Positions 9,040 through 11,534 of a DNA stretch of 11,534 nucleotides are shown here, in pieces. This DNA is from an uncultured Deferribacteres bacterium (lineage in GTDB: Bacteria; Zhuqueibacterota; Zhuqueibacteria; Zhuqueibacterales; Geothermadaptataceae), in NCBI GenBank assembly GCA_964014485.1, contig CAXHAT010000225.1, forward strand, positions 1-11,534, read 5' to 3'. Each line of letters begins with the position of its first letter. Positions within the stretch are counted from its first letter, which is position 1. The notes beneath the pieces were generated by a model. That model did no database searches and was not told the DNA's origin. It was given only the letters and a program-made list of their open reading frames with translations. A program made the position numbers and the translations under genes.

Positions 9040-9073
9040 GGTCTTCCCGCTATTCTCCGCAAGGAGTTACTTG

Positions 9074-9322
9074 ATGATGAAAACCGCAAACGAGTTTGCC
9101 AGGTTGAAGAGTTGTAAAACCATGAGTGAACCCAAATCACCCTGTTTCGAACACGACGATTTTTTGACGTTTCTGCGCACAATCGCCAAACACTCCGATT
9201 GGGAAAATCTCCCTGAATATCTGCAAGACGCCATTGACAGATTGCTTATCGATGAAGCTCATACAGCAAAAAGCGAAGCGGTTGATTTTGAGGCGTTATT
9301 GCAGCAAAACGGCTCTCACTGA
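9074..9322 (+). CDS. putative antitoxin of a RelE/ParE-type toxin (copy 1)
   Basis: Small protein with an acidic C-terminal half (EYLQDAIDRLLIDEA...EAVDFEALL). Its stop overlaps the ATG of a RelE-like start (TGATG). The start is either ATG 9074 (AAGGAG 7 nt upstream) or ATG 9122. Confidence 0.65.
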   Translation: MMKTANEFARLKSCKTMSEPKSPCFEHDDFLTFLRTIAKHSDWENLPEYLQDAIDRLLIDEAHTAKSEAVDFEALLQQNGSH

Positions 9323-9351
9323 TGAAATATCGAGTCAGGTTCACCCATGCT
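9322..9351 (+). pseudogene. 5' fragment of a RelE/ParE-family toxin, truncated at a palindromic element
   Basis: MKYRVRFTHA resembles the RelE N-terminal strand (MxYxVxFTxxA). The frame then runs into the 9349-9514 palindrome with no RelE-like continuation. Confidence 0.6.
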
Positions 9352-9514
9352 CGTCGGGGATTTTCTTCCCGCTTGACTTTCGTACAATCCCCAACGCAAG
9401 AATGTCGAGCGGATTGCATCCGCCTGACTCGGTTGCGGCGGGACGCAATCCCCGGGGCATTGGTTCCGCCGGGATTCTACGCGGGCCGCGCAGGAGAGAA
9501 AATCCCCGGCGAGC
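9349..9514. repeat. 166-nt imperfect palindromic element (MITE/REP-like)
   Basis: Terminal arms GCTCGTCGGGGATTTTCT (9349-9366) and AGAAAATCCCCGGCGAGC (9497-9514) match 17/18. Inner arms GGATTGCATCCGCC / GGCGGGACGCAATCC. Local hairpin GCGGAT-TGC-ATCCGC (9409-9423). Confidence 0.7.
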
Positions 9515-9551
9515 GCGAATCACTTGGGTCAGCAAGCGAACATTCAATAAC

Positions 9552-9580
9552 TTGACTTTAGACGCCATGCAGTTTATTTT
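9552..9580 (+). promoter_or_regulatory. sigma70-like promoter for the PIN toxin-antitoxin pair
   Basis: TTGACT-N17-TATTTT, followed by RBS AAGGAG (9596-9601) and ATG 9606. Confidence 0.55.
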
Positions 9581-9605
9581 GTGAAATCACGCTTAAAGGA
9601 GACGC

Positions 9606-10097
9606 ATGGCCGACCGAGAACTTAACATTTATTTCGACTTGAACGTTTATTCGCGCCCTTTCGACAATCAAAGCAACGCGAAAGTTCGTCAAGAAACGGA
9701 AGCTGTTCAATCGATTTGGGAGCAGTTCAAAAAGGGCGGGATGCGGCTCATAAGTTCTGATATTCTCTATTTTGAATTGAACAATATTTTATCCGCTTCA
9801 AAAAGGAGCAAAGTCGCCGATTATGTCAAACTCTGTGACGATCATGTCGATCAGAATGAAGAGATTTTGAAAATTGCCCTTGAAATTGAAGCAAGATGCA
9901 AGATTAAACCGCGCGACGCTTTACACTTGGCGTCAGCAGTTTATGCGGAAGTCGATTACTGTTTGACGTGTGATGGTCGCGTTGCGAGAAAAACAACAAA
10001 TCGCTGCCTAAAACAAGTCGCAAAAATGTTCGACAAGCCTTACATTGCATTGATGGATCCGGTGAGATTTGTCGAAAAATTATTTTCGGAAGGATAA
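9606..10097 (+). CDS. PIN-domain (VapC-like) ribonuclease toxin
   Basis: 163 aa. IYFDLNVYSRPFDNQS..VRQETEAV carries the first catalytic Asp; also ISSDILYFE, RDALHLASA and DYCLTCD (PIN acidic residues). Strong RBS. Confidence 0.88.
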   Translation: MADRELNIYFDLNVYSRPFDNQSNAKVRQETEAVQSIWEQFKKGGMRLISSDILYFELNNILSASKRSKVADYVKLCDDHVDQNEEILKIALEIEARCKIKPRDALHLASAVYAEVDYCLTCDGRVARKTTNRCLKQVAKMFDKPYIALMDPVRFVEKLFSEG

Positions 10098-10102
10098 TTT
10101 AA

Positions 10103-10336
10103 ATGTCCACAAAAACACAAACAATAACCGCAACGCCGGATTTGATCCAGGAAGGCTGGGAAATTCTGGTACAAAATTTAGGACTGTTCCAGGCAACGCG
10201 ATTTATTGTGGCGCTCGAACGCGGGGAAGGTGATACGATTCTCGACGTCGCAAATTATTGGGGCGATGCGAACCTGCATGACATTCACAAACAAATCCTG
10301 TTGGCCAAGGCAAATGGAGATTTGAACCTTTCTTGA
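10103..10336 (+). CDS. putative cognate antitoxin of the upstream PIN toxin
   Basis: 77 aa, starting 5 nt after the PIN stop. LIQEGWEILVQNLGLFQATRFIVALERGEGD resembles the small proteins usually found downstream of this RPFD-type PIN subfamily (recalled, not searched). Confidence 0.65.
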   Translation: MSTKTQTITATPDLIQEGWEILVQNLGLFQATRFIVALERGEGDTILDVANYWGDANLHDIHKQILLAKANGDLNLS

Positions 10337-10379
10337 ATTCCTCATTTCTTAGAACCAAATTCATGGGAACATCATTGAT

Positions 10380-10634
10380 ATGAAAACGCAACAAATCGTG
10401 ATCGGCGTTCCGGAGCATGTTTTATTAGCGGAGAAAACAAACGCGCATTCGTTTGGGGACGAATTGCGCCTTCTCGCCGCCGTGAAATTTTATGAACTCG
10501 GTCGTTTGTCCTCCGGGTGGGCGGCGGATTTGGCTGGTTTATCACGCGTCGAGTTCTTGCTGTCGCTCAAAAAATTCAACGTTTTCCCGCTGGAATCTGA
10601 GTTATCAGAGCTGGAAAAACCCAATGCCTTCTGA
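10380..10634 (+). CDS. UPF0175-family putative antitoxin (copy 2)
   Basis: 84 aa; differs from copy 1 only at D9G and S21N. Confidence 0.85.
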   Translation: MKTQQIVIGVPEHVLLAEKTNAHSFGDELRLLAAVKFYELGRLSSGWAADLAGLSRVEFLLSLKKFNVFPLESELSELEKPNAF

Positions 10635-10650
10635 GTAACTCTTCGTGAGA

Positions 10651-10720
10651 GTAACGCAGACATCCTTGTCTGCAAGTTTAAACGAAAGCTTTGACTCGCA
10701 GATAAGGTTGTCTGCGCTAC
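10651..10720. repeat. GTAG-type REP doublet (REPIN-like), copy 2
   Basis: Identical to 8970-9039. Confidence 0.75.
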
Positions 10721-10754
10721 GGTCTTCCCGCTATTCTCCGCAAGGAGTTACTTG

Positions 10755-11003
10755 ATGATGAAAACCGCAAACGAGTTTGCCAGGTTGAAGAGTTGTAAAA
10801 CCATGAGTGAACCCAAATCACCCTGTTTCGAACACGACGATTTTTTGACGTTTCTGCGCACAATCGCCAAACACTCCGATTGGGAAAATCTCCCTGAATA
10901 TCTGCAAGACGCTATTGACCGGTTGCTTATTGATGAAGTTCGGAACGAAAAAAACGATGCGGTTGATTTTGAGGAGTTAATGCAGCAAAACGGCTCCCAC
11001 TGA
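10755..11003 (+). CDS. putative antitoxin of a RelE/ParE-type toxin (copy 2)
   Basis: Paralogue of 9074-9322 with a diverged C-terminus (EVRNEKNDAVDFEELM). Alternative start ATG 10803. TGATG coupling to the toxin remnant. Confidence 0.65.
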   Translation: MMKTANEFARLKSCKTMSEPKSPCFEHDDFLTFLRTIAKHSDWENLPEYLQDAIDRLLIDEVRNEKNDAVDFEELMQQNGSH

Positions 11004-11102
11004 TGAGATATCGAGTCAGGTTTAATTCTGTTTGAAATTGACGACGCAAATCGCCTTGCCATCGTTTGGAGAATAGCTCACCGAAGAGGCGCATATCGAT
11101 AA
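11003..11102 (+). pseudogene. RelE/ParE-family toxin pseudogene with a large internal deletion and frameshift
   Basis: MRYRVRF (11003-11023) is joined out of frame to ILFEIDDANRLAIVWRIAHRRGAYR* (11025-11102), a typical RelE C-terminus (IxYxIDD...VxRIxHRRxxYR). The start frame stops at 11033-11035. Confidence 0.8.
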
Positions 11103-11427
11103 TCACTCTACCGCCATCTCGAAAAATTCCGCCAAATCAGCGAACCTGCCGTTTTAAAATGCGCAAACAAGCGCAGTGAACGTACACACAAACCATAGAT
11201 TTGAGTCGGGGCGGCGCTTTATTCGCGCCCGATAAAAACGCACGGCAAGAACGCCGCGCGCCTGCCTGAGAAAGGATTCTCACAGCAAATCCCAGCAGCA
11301 AAAATTCATTTTCGATTCGATGGCTTGAACTTCACCGGAAGCAGAGCATGGGCGCTTTTATACCCGCCGAAGAACGCATCCGTTTTTCTTTCCGCAACGC
11401 TTTTACCTGACAAACGCTCACATTTGC

Positions 11428-11502
11428 ATTTCAACAATCCGGGAAACAGGAACCGTGTATCAAAAATAATTTCTTACACCAGTACTGTCCGGTTGTTGAA
11501 AT
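11428..11502. repeat. 75-nt imperfect inverted repeat / hairpin
   Basis: ATTTCAACAATCCGG (11428-11442) pairs with CCGGTTGTTGAAAT (11489-11502) with one bulge. Inner pairs ACAG/CTGT and GTGTA/TACAC. Confidence 0.55.
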
Positions 11503-11534
11503 ATTCCTGGCGCCTTAATGTGTTAAAATACATT

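Larger units (their letters stand above)
8675..9341 (+). repeat. 667-bp direct repeat, copy 1
   Basis: Aligns without gaps to 10356-11022 at offset 1681. About 22 substitutions by manual count, all outside an identical core at 8761-9231. Confidence 0.95.
10356..11022 (+). repeat. 667-bp direct repeat, copy 2
   Basis: Ungapped match to 8675-9341. Begins CAAATTCATGG and ends TATCGAGTCAGGTT. Confidence 0.95.

Noticed and set aside
9061..9117. Peptide KELLDDENRKRVCQVEEL* as a possible C-terminal remnant of the missing DUF3368 toxin
   Set aside because: The resemblance is too weak to support without an alignment.
9322..9555. 77-aa ORF MKYRVRFTHARRGFSS... as an intact toxin
   Set aside because: Only the first ~10 codons look RelE-like; the remainder is read-through of the palindromic element.
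86..11062. Other short ORFs in the track overlapping or antisense to the called genes
   Set aside because: They overlap well-supported CDSs or repeats and show no recognisable motifs or convincing RBS.
11003..11102. Programmed +1 frameshift at TTT-A-ATT producing a mini-toxin
   Set aside because: The product would be ~32 aa and lack the central RelE fold; a deletion pseudogene is more parsimonious.
8579..11534. Integron cassette array, CRISPR array or composite transposon
   Set aside because: No integrase, cas or transposase gene, no recurring attC-type core sites, and no regularly spaced repeats with unique spacers; the palindromes belong to different families.

Overview
Bacterial chromosomal window with three parts. 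(1) A housekeeping trpF-trpB-trpA block on the minus strand with its own sigma70-like promoter, converging on a small two-TM hypothetical gene. (2) Two tandem ~800-aa MacB/FtsX-type ABC permease paralogues transcribed divergently from trp, with a candidate sigma54 promoter and upstream palindrome. They are separated by a nested dRS3/REP-like palindrome, and no ATPase or adaptor gene lies in the window. (3) A ~2.4-kb toxin-antitoxin patch. A 667-bp direct repeat (8675-9341 / 10356-11022, offset 1681, no indels) carries a UPF0175-like antitoxin without its usual PIN toxin, a REP-like doublet, a second putative antitoxin and the start of a RelE/ParE-like toxin. That toxin is broken differently in each copy. 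Between the copies lie a 166-nt palindromic element and an apparently intact PIN toxin plus putative antitoxin pair. The most notable features are the antitoxin-retaining duplicated module, the palindromes located where toxin genes are lost, and the repeat's 471-bp identical core with divergent flanks. Family assignments come from recognised motifs only; no searches were run.
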